Position numbers and translations under genes: made by a program. Source: a virus. Taken from it: a stretch of DNA of 64,000 nt. Positions within the stretch are counted from its first letter, which is position 1. Every line of letters begins with the position of its first letter. The notes beneath the pieces were generated by a model. It made no database searches. It worked only from the letters and a program-made list of their open reading frames with translations, and was not told where the DNA came from. This document shows positions 9,672 through 18,405 of the stretch, in pieces. The stretch spans positions 1 through 64,000 of the IMG/VR virus record IMGVR_UViG_3300032236_001082; one strand, 5' to 3'.

Positions 9672-10362
9672 TTTGTTTTCTTTCTATTGTAAAAGACAGG
9701 CTATCTGCTTCATGTTTGCCTATTTTATTGCCTAAATGATCTAAAGCATTTTTATACCAATGCGTCAATCTTTTATTAATTCTACCATACTCAAACATAG
9801 CATCAATATAATTAGAATCGTGGACTCTATCTATACTCTCATCTGACAGTATTATTTTAGCATTATTTAAATTAGAAACGGATATTGGCAAAACAGAAGC
9901 AATTGGGGTGCCTGCTGGGATTTTAATTATTTTGCCTGGGCTAGTTACTCTCCAAACAACATGAAGGTTGCCAGTATAAAATGATGAAGACAATATAGTT
10001 GTAAAGCATTGGGCACCATCTATAAATTGATTGGGTACTGGCATTACTAAAAGACTAGAGTCTGGGCTTGTTTTAAATACTAAATTAGTAACAAATCCAA
10101 TCACTCCACCGCCTCGACCAAAAAAACAATAATCTTTTCCCTCAAGTACCTCAATATCTCCATCTTCTCCTTGTGCAGAACTACCGTTCCAAACAAATGA
10201 AATGTCTTGATCAAAAGATATTCCATAACCAAGTTTATTAGTTAAAGTTACTGGCGGGCAATGATAGCCATCTTTATTTTGGTTCATCCAATCACGACTA
10301 ACTTCTAAAGGAAAGATATTAGTTTTTAATCCATTAATTTCATAAACATTTACAGTATTCAT
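9652..10362 (-). CDS. DUF6065-family protein
   Basis: RDWM....YHCPP....N..GY, F.T, PVPN..IDG, W..T.P, GTPIA..LP pattern; paralog of next gene. Confidence 0.7.
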   Translation of the reverse strand: MNTVNVYEINGLKTNIFPLEVSRDWMNQNKDGYHCPPVTLTNKLGYGISFDQDISFVWNGSSAQGEDGDIEVLEGKDYCFFGRGGGVIGFVTNLVFKTSPDSSLLVMPVPNQFIDGAQCFTTILSSSFYTGNLHVVWRVTSPGKIIKIPAGTPIASVLPISVSNLNNAKIILSDESIDRVHDSNYIDAMFEYGRINKRLTHWYKNALDHLGNKIGKHEADSLSFTIERKQNESNKF

Positions 10363-11051
10363 TTAACATCCAAGTCAAACTTTTTAACCTGATGGTAACC
10401 TAATTTTTGACCTAAATGATTTGTTGCATTGCGATACCAATCAGTCCATTTTCCTTGATTATTGATTTCAGCTCCAATAGCTGAGTAGTCTGAATTATCA
10501 GCATCTGGCATTTTTGCGTTAGAGATATCATCAAATAATATTTCTGAATTGTTTATTTCTGACAAATTTAAAGGAACAATTGCGATTACTGGGGTATTAG
10601 CCTTGATAGTAATTTCAACATTTGGTCGTGTTATTTGCCAAGCCACTGGTAGCTCTTTACTATAAAAAGAAGTTGTCATTAAAATAGAAAATGGAGATAC
10701 TCCATCTCTTGGGTAATTAGGTACTGGCATTTGAAACAAAGTTGTATCTTCATTTGTTCTAAACATTATTCCAGTATTAAAACTAATGGTTGCATTTGCT
10801 CTACCAGGAGATGCGTATTTATGTCCAGATAAAACTTTTACATGGCCTGGGTTGGCATCTGAAATCCCGTCCCAAATAAAAGTAATATCTTCTGGGAAAG
10901 AAATTCCCCAACCCATCTGATTAGTTAGGCTTACTGGAAAACAATGGTAGGCATGGGCATTTTGAGTATTATCCATCCATTCTCTTTTTACAGAAAGTGG
11001 TGACAAATTAGCACAAATCTCGCTAACCTTATATGCCTTAACCAAACTCAT
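10359..11051 (-). CDS. DUF6065-family protein
   Basis: REWMD....AYHCFPVSLTNQMGW, MFRT, PVPNYPRDGV, WQITRP. Confidence 0.75.
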   Translation of the reverse strand: MSLVKAYKVSEICANLSPLSVKREWMDNTQNAHAYHCFPVSLTNQMGWGISFPEDITFIWDGISDANPGHVKVLSGHKYASPGRANATISFNTGIMFRTNEDTTLFQMPVPNYPRDGVSPFSILMTTSFYSKELPVAWQITRPNVEITIKANTPVIAIVPLNLSEINNSEILFDDISNAKMPDADNSDYSAIGAEINNQGKWTDWYRNATNHLGQKLGYHQVKKFDLDVK

Positions 11052-11732
11052 CTACTTACCTTGCTCAACCCATCTTTGTCTCATCTGCATGAATTCATCA
11101 TTATGAGCATGGTCATTATAATCAAGCATTGTTACAATAGAATACTTTTGACCACTTTGGACTGGCTCAGCTACGTGAGAAAATAAATATGTTGAAGGGA
11201 ATATATAAAGATCTCCCGCTTGTGGTTTTATCTTTAGATCAAGCTTAGGGAAAGTTAGTTCCCCGCCTTCATAATCATCATTTGGATAACCAACTAAAGA
11301 AACAGTTGCACTGTAAGAAAATCCGTGGTCAGCATGCTCTTTAAAATGTTGGCCTGGGCCATACTTGATGCAATTCATGACTTCCCAATAATCCATTTTT
11401 ACAGAATACCTATTGCAGTAGTCTAAAGCTGGACCAGATTGAATATACTTTAAGTCTCTCCATAGATTAAGAACTTCTACCTGAGTATTATTAACTGGGT
11501 TTAAAACTTCATTAATTTTAATATCTTTGCAGTCTCTATAGCCTTGATTTACTGTTGAGTATCCAACAGAAGCTTCTTGCCAAAAATATCTAGCGTCATG
11601 CTCTTGTTGAGCTAATCTGCCAATGTTTTCTAGTCTATTTAAGATGTTTAATTCTTTCTTAAATACATTTCGATATACCCAAATCCCATGAAACAAATGT
11701 TCTTGAGATGTCCAAGTAGGTTGATTATTCAT
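11052..11732 (-). CDS. 2OG-Fe(II) oxygenase (prolyl-4-hydroxylase-like)
   Basis: KY.PGQHFKEHAD...NDDYEGGEL.F...FPS...SH.A.PV.SG.KY. Confidence 0.9.
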   Translation of the reverse strand: MNNQPTWTSQEHLFHGIWVYRNVFKKELNILNRLENIGRLAQQEHDARYFWQEASVGYSTVNQGYRDCKDIKINEVLNPVNNTQVEVLNLWRDLKYIQSGPALDYCNRYSVKMDYWEVMNCIKYGPGQHFKEHADHGFSYSATVSLVGYPNDDYEGGELTFPKLDLKIKPQAGDLYIFPSTYLFSHVAEPVQSGQKYSIVTMLDYNDHAHNDEFMQMRQRWVEQGK

Positions 11733-11782
11733 TTTCTCTTTCCTATCTATTATTTACAAATTATATCAATTAAAAATTTAAT

Positions 11783-12790
11783 TTAAAAGGTTACAATTCT
11801 TGGAGGTTCAAATCTAATATCATAAGCGTGTCTATAACCAATCTCTGCATCCATCTTGTCAAAGTTAGGCATATATTCACACCATTTTTTATTAAGACCA
11901 CTAAAATCACAATAAGCCAAAACTTTTTCAAGAGGAATTCCGCCACGGCCAGATAACAAATCATTTAATTTTAACATTGTTTCATCAGACTGTTTCCAAA
12001 AAGCTTCTTTATGCTGATCTGTCCATGGTCTTCTTGTTGCAGACAACATTTCAAAATTATTTTCTGGGTATTCTTTTCTTGTATCGTGTAAATACAAAAT
12101 TTTAGGTGTTGCAAACATTCTCCAACCAGAACACCAAGTCTTTACAGTAATATAAATTTCTTCAGCTTGATAGTTGATATCATCTTCAAAAGGCAACTCA
12201 TCAAAATAAGCTCTTTCACCAAAAACATAACTAGCTTGAAAATAAACAGCTTCATGAACATCTCCATCATTAGGGACTGGGACAATATCTGGCCAACCAT
12301 GTCCTGGGATATATCTATCTGCATCCAACTTTTGATGGTAAAGACTCATGGTTCTTCCAGTAGAAACATCTTCCACCTTTAAAGATCCATCTTGGTTAAA
12401 TTCAAACTCTGGTCCACAAAAAGCTAATATAGCTTTCCCGTCAGAAGTTTTAGCTTTTGCTTTGTCTAACTCTATAAAAGATTCAGCATCCCAATTTTTT
12501 GTAAACAAATTGTGTCCACAAGTTACAAGAACATGGTCATATTCAAAATCATTTTCCATAGTCCTTGCTCTTGACCACAAAACTCCTCTAAATTCGGACA
12601 AATCGTACTTCTTGTAAAGTAATTGATTTTCTGGAATAAAGCTTAAATCAGCATGAAGATCATCAGAATATTGTTCTGAGACTATAGAGAAAAATAGATT
12701 CTCTGGATTCTTAGCATTTTCATAACAGCTTCTTACAGATTCAGCAAGCTTTTTTTCTCTATACGCAACCATAGAAACTAATATTTTCAT
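11783..12790 (-). CDS. GT-A glycosyltransferase, GT60/Skp1-Hyp GlcNAc-transferase-like
   Basis: ILVSMVAYRE (cf. IFVSIASYRD), A.NPENL, GV.WSR, H..F..NWD, EEI..T...W..GW..F.......H. Confidence 0.72.
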   Translation of the reverse strand: MKILVSMVAYREKKLAESVRSCYENAKNPENLFFSIVSEQYSDDLHADLSFIPENQLLYKKYDLSEFRGVLWSRARTMENDFEYDHVLVTCGHNLFTKNWDAESFIELDKAKAKTSDGKAILAFCGPEFEFNQDGSLKVEDVSTGRTMSLYHQKLDADRYIPGHGWPDIVPVPNDGDVHEAVYFQASYVFGERAYFDELPFEDDINYQAEEIYITVKTWCSGWRMFATPKILYLHDTRKEYPENNFEMLSATRRPWTDQHKEAFWKQSDETMLKLNDLLSGRGGIPLEKVLAYCDFSGLNKKWCEYMPNFDKMDAEIGYRHAYDIRFEPPRIVTF

Positions 12791-12791
12791 T

Positions 12792-13514
12792 TTATTTATT
12801 TAACCTTTTCATAATAACAGCTTCGGTATCATACGAGCTGTGACAGTCACACATTTGATCTTTTGGGACTTCTGGTTTAGATATTGTACCAGTTTTTAAA
12901 TAATAACGAACATCCCCGTCTAAAGCATATTTCTTAAAATTATCTTCTATTTCTTTTTCATTTTTAGATTGAGCAAACCAATGGTCTGGGGTAACAAAAT
13001 GCAAGAATAATAAAGTAATATAAGAATCTTCATCATCTACAGGATATTCTGGTCTACCATGTACTTGCTGTTGACCATAAAATACTATAGCTGAATTTTC
13101 TTCTTCAGTATAAGTTTGACCATCAACAATCAATCCCCACTCTAAATTATTTTTTTCTATACAAACATCTATAGTTATTTGACAGGCATATTGATCCATA
13201 TGGGGCCACAAATTTGGAACTACCCCGTCTTTTTTTTGATATCTTGAAATAAAGTAATAAGCTTTTTGGATATCATCCCTGCCTACTATTTGTTTTGCTT
13301 TATTTAAAATAACTTGTTCCGTATCTGCATCAAACTCTATACCAGATTCCCATCTTCCTAAAGTAGTATGATATTTATGATTTTGATCTACACCTAATCC
13401 AATGGACAATACTTTATTTTTAATTAAACTAAATGTACCAAGATCAAACAAGCCATCAATTTTTGATGGCCTGTTTGGTTCTGACAATTTAAATCTTATT
13501 GGATCTAAATTCAT
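12792..13514 (-). CDS. Divergent 2OG-Fe(II) oxygenase-like protein
   Basis: Y...G..L.PHMD....T.D......W.L.V......AIVFYG....HGR; start overlaps FN3-gene stop. Confidence 0.7.
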   Translation of the reverse strand: MNLDPIRFKLSEPNRPSKIDGLFDLGTFSLIKNKVLSIGLGVDQNHKYHTTLGRWESGIEFDADTEQVILNKAKQIVGRDDIQKAYYFISRYQKKDGVVPNLWPHMDQYACQITIDVCIEKNNLEWGLIVDGQTYTEEENSAIVFYGQQQVHGRPEYPVDDEDSYITLLFLHFVTPDHWFAQSKNEKEIEDNFKKYALDGDVRYYLKTGTISKPEVPKDQMCDCHSSYDTEAVIMKRLNK

Positions 13515-14680
13515 TAATCTTGATTCTTGTCTGTAAGTTCCTCTTCAACAGCTTTTTTAATTGTTGCGCTGCCTGGTACTGGGAACACTTTGAACCCTGG
13601 TGGCGAGAAGAAGCCTGGAGGGCTGAAGAACCCTGGAGGGCTGAAGAACCCTGGAGGGCTGAAGAACCCTGGTGGCGAGAAGAAGCCTGGAGGGCTGAAG
13701 AACCCTGGAGGGCTGAAGAACCCTGGAGGGGCAAAGAACCCTGGTGGCGAGAAGAAGCCTGGAGGGCTGAAGAACCCTGGTGGGGCAAAGAAGCTTGGTG
13801 GTTGAGATGTAGCAGTGTTAGATGCTGCAGAGTAGTTACCAGTTCCATTTTGGTTAACTGCTGATATTTGATAAGTATTTGAGTTACCAGCAGTTTCTGC
13901 AAATGTGTAAGGGCTTGATGTTACTCCAGGAACTACTGTTCCTAAATTATCTTTGATATTATATGAAGTAATTGCATATCCACCATTTGCTGGAGCCGAG
14001 AATGTAACAATTTCTGAGTTTGTTCCATTAGAAGCAGTTGGTGCTGATGGTGTGTCTGGAACTGTTGTAGCGGTAATTGAATTAGATGCAGTTGAAGCTG
14101 CAGAGGTTCCATTTGCATTTGTAGCTGTCATTGTAAATGTATAGCTGGTTGCAGAGGCTAATCCAGTAACTGTGATTGGAGATGATGTTCCTGTTCCAGT
14201 TTGAGAACCGCTTGAAGTTACTGTATAACCAGTAATTGCAGATCCACCTGTTGCTCCCGCTGTAAACGGTACAGTAGCTGCTCCGTTATTAAAGGCACGG
14301 TTTAAACCAACATCGGATACTGAACCTACTACTGGGGCTTGTGGGACTGTAGTTGCTGTAATTGACCCTGATGTTGTTGATGGTCCTGAACCATATGAAT
14401 TTGAGGGGACAACTGTAAATGTATAAGAAGTTGCAGAAGCTAAACCAGTAAACTGGTAAGATGTTGATGATGTTGTTTGTGTTGTAGTTGCTGGTGTAGA
14501 AGTTATTGTATATAGTGTTGCTGCTATAGAGTTGCTTGGCAATGACCAAGATAAATTAGCTGCTCCGTTATTATAAGCTCTTCCTGTTCCTACGTCTGAT
14601 GCCGTTAATCCTGTTACTGCCAACGGCGCAACATGTTGATCTTGACCATCTGCTGAAAATCTACCTGCTTGTTTTGACAT
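13514..14680 (-). CDS. Fibronectin type III repeat virion protein with C-terminal PPGFFS tandem repeat
   Basis: Three FN3-like units (LSW, YTI/YTV, TGL.....YTF.V...N..G) followed by 12 hexapeptide repeats. Confidence 0.85.
   Translation of the reverse strand: MSKQAGRFSADGQDQHVAPLAVTGLTASDVGTGRAYNNGAANLSWSLPSNSIAATLYTITSTPATTTQTTSSTSYQFTGLASATSYTFTVVPSNSYGSGPSTTSGSITATTVPQAPVVGSVSDVGLNRAFNNGAATVPFTAGATGGSAITGYTVTSSGSQTGTGTSSPITVTGLASATSYTFTMTATNANGTSAASTASNSITATTVPDTPSAPTASNGTNSEIVTFSAPANGGYAITSYNIKDNLGTVVPGVTSSPYTFAETAGNSNTYQISAVNQNGTGNYSAASNTATSQPPSFFAPPGFFSPPGFFSPPGFFAPPGFFSPPGFFSPPGFFSPPGFFSPPGFFSPPGFFSPPGFFSPPGFKVFPVPGSATIKKAVEEELTDKNQD
13586..13801 (-). repeat. Coding 18-nt tandem repeat x12 (PP[G/S]FF[S/A], last unit PPGFKV) with 72-nt higher-order period
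   Basis: Variant GGCGAGAAGAAG recurs at 13602, 13674 and 13746. Confidence 0.95.
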
Positions 14681-14716
14681 GTTATTGTCCCCTTTTCTAT
14701 TTTAAATTATACCAGA

Positions 14717-17700
14717 TTATGCTGACAAATCACCGAAGAGTAGCCATGTGTTGGCTGCTGTCTTCATAATTGTTGCAACAGAACCTGTAGTTCTAAGCTT
14801 TAATCCTGGTGTTGACAAAATTGTTACACCAGCACCTGCTGCAAATGCTGCTCCAGTTCCTGAAGACTGATAGAAGTCAACGGATGTTCCAATTGGAGCT
14901 GTATTTGTTCCGTCTGGAGCGATTGTAAGAGTGTAAGCTCCTGCAATTGGCACCATCTGATCACGATATTGTGATGGGTAGTAAGTTCCATTTGAAGCAG
15001 CAACTGCTGTTGCAATTGTTGTAATTGATGGAACTGCTGCAACTGTCTGGATTGAACCATCTGAGAAGGTTATACCAGCAGAAGGAAGAGTAATTACTGG
15101 TGCGGTCAAAGTCTTATTTGTAAGAGTCTGTGAACCAGTTAATGTAGCTACTGTTGAATCTATAGCAATTGTAACTGCACCTGAACCATCAAATGATGAT
15201 CCTGAAAGTCCCGTTCCAATTGTAAGAGCATTTGTAGTAGATGCTTTTACAGTAATTGCTGCAGAACCATCGAATGCTACACCGTTAATATTACGAGCTG
15301 TGGCAAGCTTGGTTGCTGTGTCAGCATTACCAACTACTGCACCAGTGTGTGTTCCTGCTGTGTTGCCAGTCAAAGGACCAGTAAATGTTCCTGTAATTGT
15401 TTTATTTGTTAATGTTTGAGCTGTATTTAAGTCTACTGTTGTAGCAGTATCAATTGATAGCGTTGTTCCATTCTTTGACAAACCTGTACCAGCAAGTATT
15501 GCTTGAGCTGCGTTAAACTGAACATAGTTAATGTTATCTGTTCCAATTGCAACCGTTCCTGTGTTTGAAAGAATAAATCCTGTGCTGCCATAAAGAGTAC
15601 CAGAAGTAACAAAGTTAAAGTCTCCTCCAGCCATCTCTCCATTTGGATTGTTATCATCATCTGTTGCACGAGTTAATACCCAAGGAGCAGAAGATGAACC
15701 AACTGTTGTAAGTGTGTAAATACCATTTTGTTTTGCATCTGTCTGAGCTCTTACAAGAATTCTATCGCCTACTGAGAATCCTGAAATACCGTCTACAGTG
15801 CTAAATGCACGGTTTGTATCGGCTGTAAGGGTAGCTCCATATCCTGCTGTTCCATTTGAATATGTTGTAGAAAGATTTGCAGTTGTTGCAACTTTAGTTG
15901 CTGCGTGGAAGTTAATTCCTGAAGCTACGCCATCTACATAAAGCTTTGTTGCTGCATGTAGATCTGAAGTTGGAGCTCCAGCAAGAGTAAGTGTTCCTGT
16001 CATTGTTCCGCCAGCTAAAGATAACTTAGCATCAAGTGCTGTTTGAGTAGCTGTTGAGACTGGCTTGTTAGCATCAGATGTGTTATCTACGTTACCAAGA
16101 CCAACCATTGACTTTGTAATACCAGAAACTGTTCCAGTAAATGTTGGTGAAGCTAAAGGAGCTTTGGCAGCTAATGCTGTGTCAAGTCCTGAAATCTTAG
16201 ATGTTGCTATTGCAGCTGATGAAGAAATATCAGCGTTAACAATTGTTCCATCTGCAATCATTGTAGAAGTAACTGTTCCAGTATCTGTTGTTTTTACAAC
16301 GTTTGCTGTTGCAGTTGAAATTGCTGAGTTACGGTTGGTAACTTCTGTTGCAATCGCAGAATCTGTATAGGCTTCAGATGTGGAAATCGCTGCTGCTTTA
16401 GCAGTATCTGTATATCCTTCTGCAGTTGTTAATGATGTTGCAATTGCTGCATTTCTATTTGTAACTTCTGTTGAAATTTTACCATCAGTATAGGTTTCTG
16501 AGGTAGTGATTGCATTTGTAACGGCTGTTGCACGGTTAGTAGCTTCTGTGCTTACTGCGTTGTCTGCATATGTTTTTGTGGCAAGTGCTGATGTATCAGA
16601 AATGCCGTGAACATTTGTTGTTGCAGCAATATGATTTGAAGAAGTTGTTAATTGTGGTTGAATGCTTGCTGTTACTCCATGTACATAACCTAATTCTGTA
16701 GAAGTAGTTGTACCAATACTTGTTGTAGCTGGTAGTACCACAGTTCCGCTAAATGTTGGGCTATCTAGATTAGCTTTGAGTCCAAGAGCAGTATTTAATC
16801 CTGTTACTTGATCTTCTGTAATGCTAATAATTCTGTCTCCAGAAATACTTGCTACAGCAATTTTACTTCCGTCAACATCTGCAATCTGAAGATTGTGGAT
16901 GGTTCCGCTTGTAATCTTGGTACCGTCAACAGTTCCGTTTTTAAGAACTATACCGTCCAAAGAGCTTTCGCTTGCTGTTATTGTTCCCGTAAATGTAGGA
17001 GCAGATTTTGTTGCATATATTCCTGCTGCATTTGAAGCTGCAAGGCTAATTGCAGATGCTTTAGCTGAATCTGTGTAGGTATTTGCAGATGTAAGTGTTG
17101 TTTGATCATTTGTATCTACATAAGCTTTTGTAGCAGCATCTGTATTAAGTGTTGGGGTAGCTAAATCTTTTACTTTGTGTCCGCCCATTGCTAGGTCACC
17201 AGACATTGTATCTCCAGCCTTTGCAACTTTACCAGATACGGTAGTTGCAAGAGCGGAAGCAGTGCTTTCATCAGTAGCAAAGTGATCTGCTATCTCCCTA
17301 AGAGTATCAAGTGCAGCTGGGGCACCGTTAATAAGGTTAGAAATCGCTGTATCAGTGTAGCCTTCAGCTGTTGAAATAGCTTCTATCTTTTTAGTATCAG
17401 CATATGATTCTGATGTTGTAATAGCTTGAGATTTGGCTGTTGCAATTTCAGTTGTAATAGTTGCGTGAAGAGCAGTATCTGCTGTTGTAGCAAAATCTTC
17501 TGCTTGGCTTAAGGTATCAACGCTTTTTGAAGAAATTGCAGTATTTCTATTTGTAACTTCAGTTGATATAGCTGCATCTGTATAGTTTTCTGCAGTTGTA
17601 ATTGCATCTGATATATCTGTAGATGTTTGTGAAGCTAATCCAGATAAATCTGCAGCATCTGCTGCTGTATATCCAAGGGCATGGTTAACATCATAAGCAG

Positions 17701-17914
17701 TAAGATCTGTTCCGAGCCCAGTTGCAATTGCAGCTTGAAGCTGAGCTGGGGTAATTGTTGCATATCCTAGTGCGGTCCATGTTGATGTACCATCACCAAC
17801 TTTAATTTTCTTTGTGTCTGACTCATAGCCAGCTTCGCCTGCTGCCAGGACGGGATTTACGGAAGTCCAATCTGCTGCTGTACCTCTACGTAGTTGAATT
17901 CTTACTGTTGACAT
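14717..17914 (-). CDS. Long tail fibre / receptor-binding protein with Mtd-N-like N-terminus
   Basis: RIQLRRGTAADWTSVNPVLAAGE.GYE.DT..IK.GDG; AATK.YVD, LGNVDNTSD..KP, P.FTGTV fibre repeats. Confidence 0.85.
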   Translation of the reverse strand: MSTVRIQLRRGTAADWTSVNPVLAAGEAGYESDTKKIKVGDGTSTWTALGYATITPAQLQAAIATGLGTDLTAYDVNHALGYTAADAADLSGLASQTSTDISDAITTAENYTDAAISTEVTNRNTAISSKSVDTLSQAEDFATTADTALHATITTEIATAKSQAITTSESYADTKKIEAISTAEGYTDTAISNLINGAPAALDTLREIADHFATDESTASALATTVSGKVAKAGDTMSGDLAMGGHKVKDLATPTLNTDAATKAYVDTNDQTTLTSANTYTDSAKASAISLAASNAAGIYATKSAPTFTGTITASESSLDGIVLKNGTVDGTKITSGTIHNLQIADVDGSKIAVASISGDRIISITEDQVTGLNTALGLKANLDSPTFSGTVVLPATTSIGTTTSTELGYVHGVTASIQPQLTTSSNHIAATTNVHGISDTSALATKTYADNAVSTEATNRATAVTNAITTSETYTDGKISTEVTNRNAAIATSLTTAEGYTDTAKAAAISTSEAYTDSAIATEVTNRNSAISTATANVVKTTDTGTVTSTMIADGTIVNADISSSAAIATSKISGLDTALAAKAPLASPTFTGTVSGITKSMVGLGNVDNTSDANKPVSTATQTALDAKLSLAGGTMTGTLTLAGAPTSDLHAATKLYVDGVASGINFHAATKVATTANLSTTYSNGTAGYGATLTADTNRAFSTVDGISGFSVGDRILVRAQTDAKQNGIYTLTTVGSSSAPWVLTRATDDDNNPNGEMAGGDFNFVTSGTLYGSTGFILSNTGTVAIGTDNINYVQFNAAQAILAGTGLSKNGTTLSIDTATTVDLNTAQTLTNKTITGTFTGPLTGNTAGTHTGAVVGNADTATKLATARNINGVAFDGSAAITVKASTTNALTIGTGLSGSSFDGSGAVTIAIDSTVATLTGSQTLTNKTLTAPVITLPSAGITFSDGSIQTVAAVPSITTIATAVAASNGTYYPSQYRDQMVPIAGAYTLTIAPDGTNTAPIGTSVDFYQSSGTGAAFAAGAGVTILSTPGLKLRTTGSVATIMKTAANTWLLFGDLSA

Positions 17915-17971
17915 TTTATTACCCCTTTTTATTTTTTATTTTTTTTATTATACCAGTTACCTGGCTTAAAA

Positions 17972-18334
17972 CTAAATTACTCCTGCATCAAATACATAGT
18001 CAAAATATGAATATGGTGTAGGAGTTCCTGCGTCTACAAATTTGCTATCCCCGCTAATTACAACGCCATTTGCCTGAACAATATATGTAGGCTGACCGTT
18101 ATAATCAATTGACAAGCCAATATCCATAAATGACAAGTTTCCTCCCAAATCTGCCAGTGTGGCAATGGAGGTCCAAGAATCATTTACGTATATTTGTAAT
18201 CTATTGGATGTTGTATCAAACGCTAAAGGGGTTGATCCTAATATAACTTGTGACCCAAATGTTGCATTTCCCGCTACATTTAGCCCATTTTTAACTTTAA
18301 AGTCTTTATCTGTAGTTACACTACTTGTTGTCAT
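17972..18334 (-). CDS. Small virion/fibre-associated protein
   Basis: DKDFKVKNGL N-terminus shared with neighbour (DKNFRVKHGL); in structural run. Confidence 0.6.
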   Translation of the reverse strand: MTTSSVTTDKDFKVKNGLNVAGNATFGSQVILGSTPLAFDTTSNRLQIYVNDSWTSIATLADLGGNLSFMDIGLSIDYNGQPTYIVQANGVVISGDSKFVDAGTPTPYSYFDYVFDAGVI

Positions 18335-18370
18335 TTTCGGTTCACTGTCCCCTAGAATTTGTATTTTGTG

Positions 18371-18393
18371 TGGGGGATTTTAAGGATCCCCCA
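18371..18393 (-). terminator. Terminator-like hairpin
   Basis: TGGGGGAT-N7-ATCCCCCA after the 18406 stop. Confidence 0.55.
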
Positions 18394-18405
18394 AACCTTT
18401 TACTA

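Noticed and set aside
13586-13801. CRISPR-like array, or alternative-frame proteins (13489..13902, 13499..13864, 13527..13805)
   Set aside because: No unique spacers. The repeat is in frame in the FN3 gene and variation is mostly synonymous in that frame; other frames are open only because the unit lacks stops.
14717-17914. Diversity-generating retroelement suggested by the Mtd-like N-terminus
   Set aside because: No reverse transcriptase and no adenine-specific TR/VR pair seen; the block shared with 18406..19923 differs at synonymous sites of all bases.
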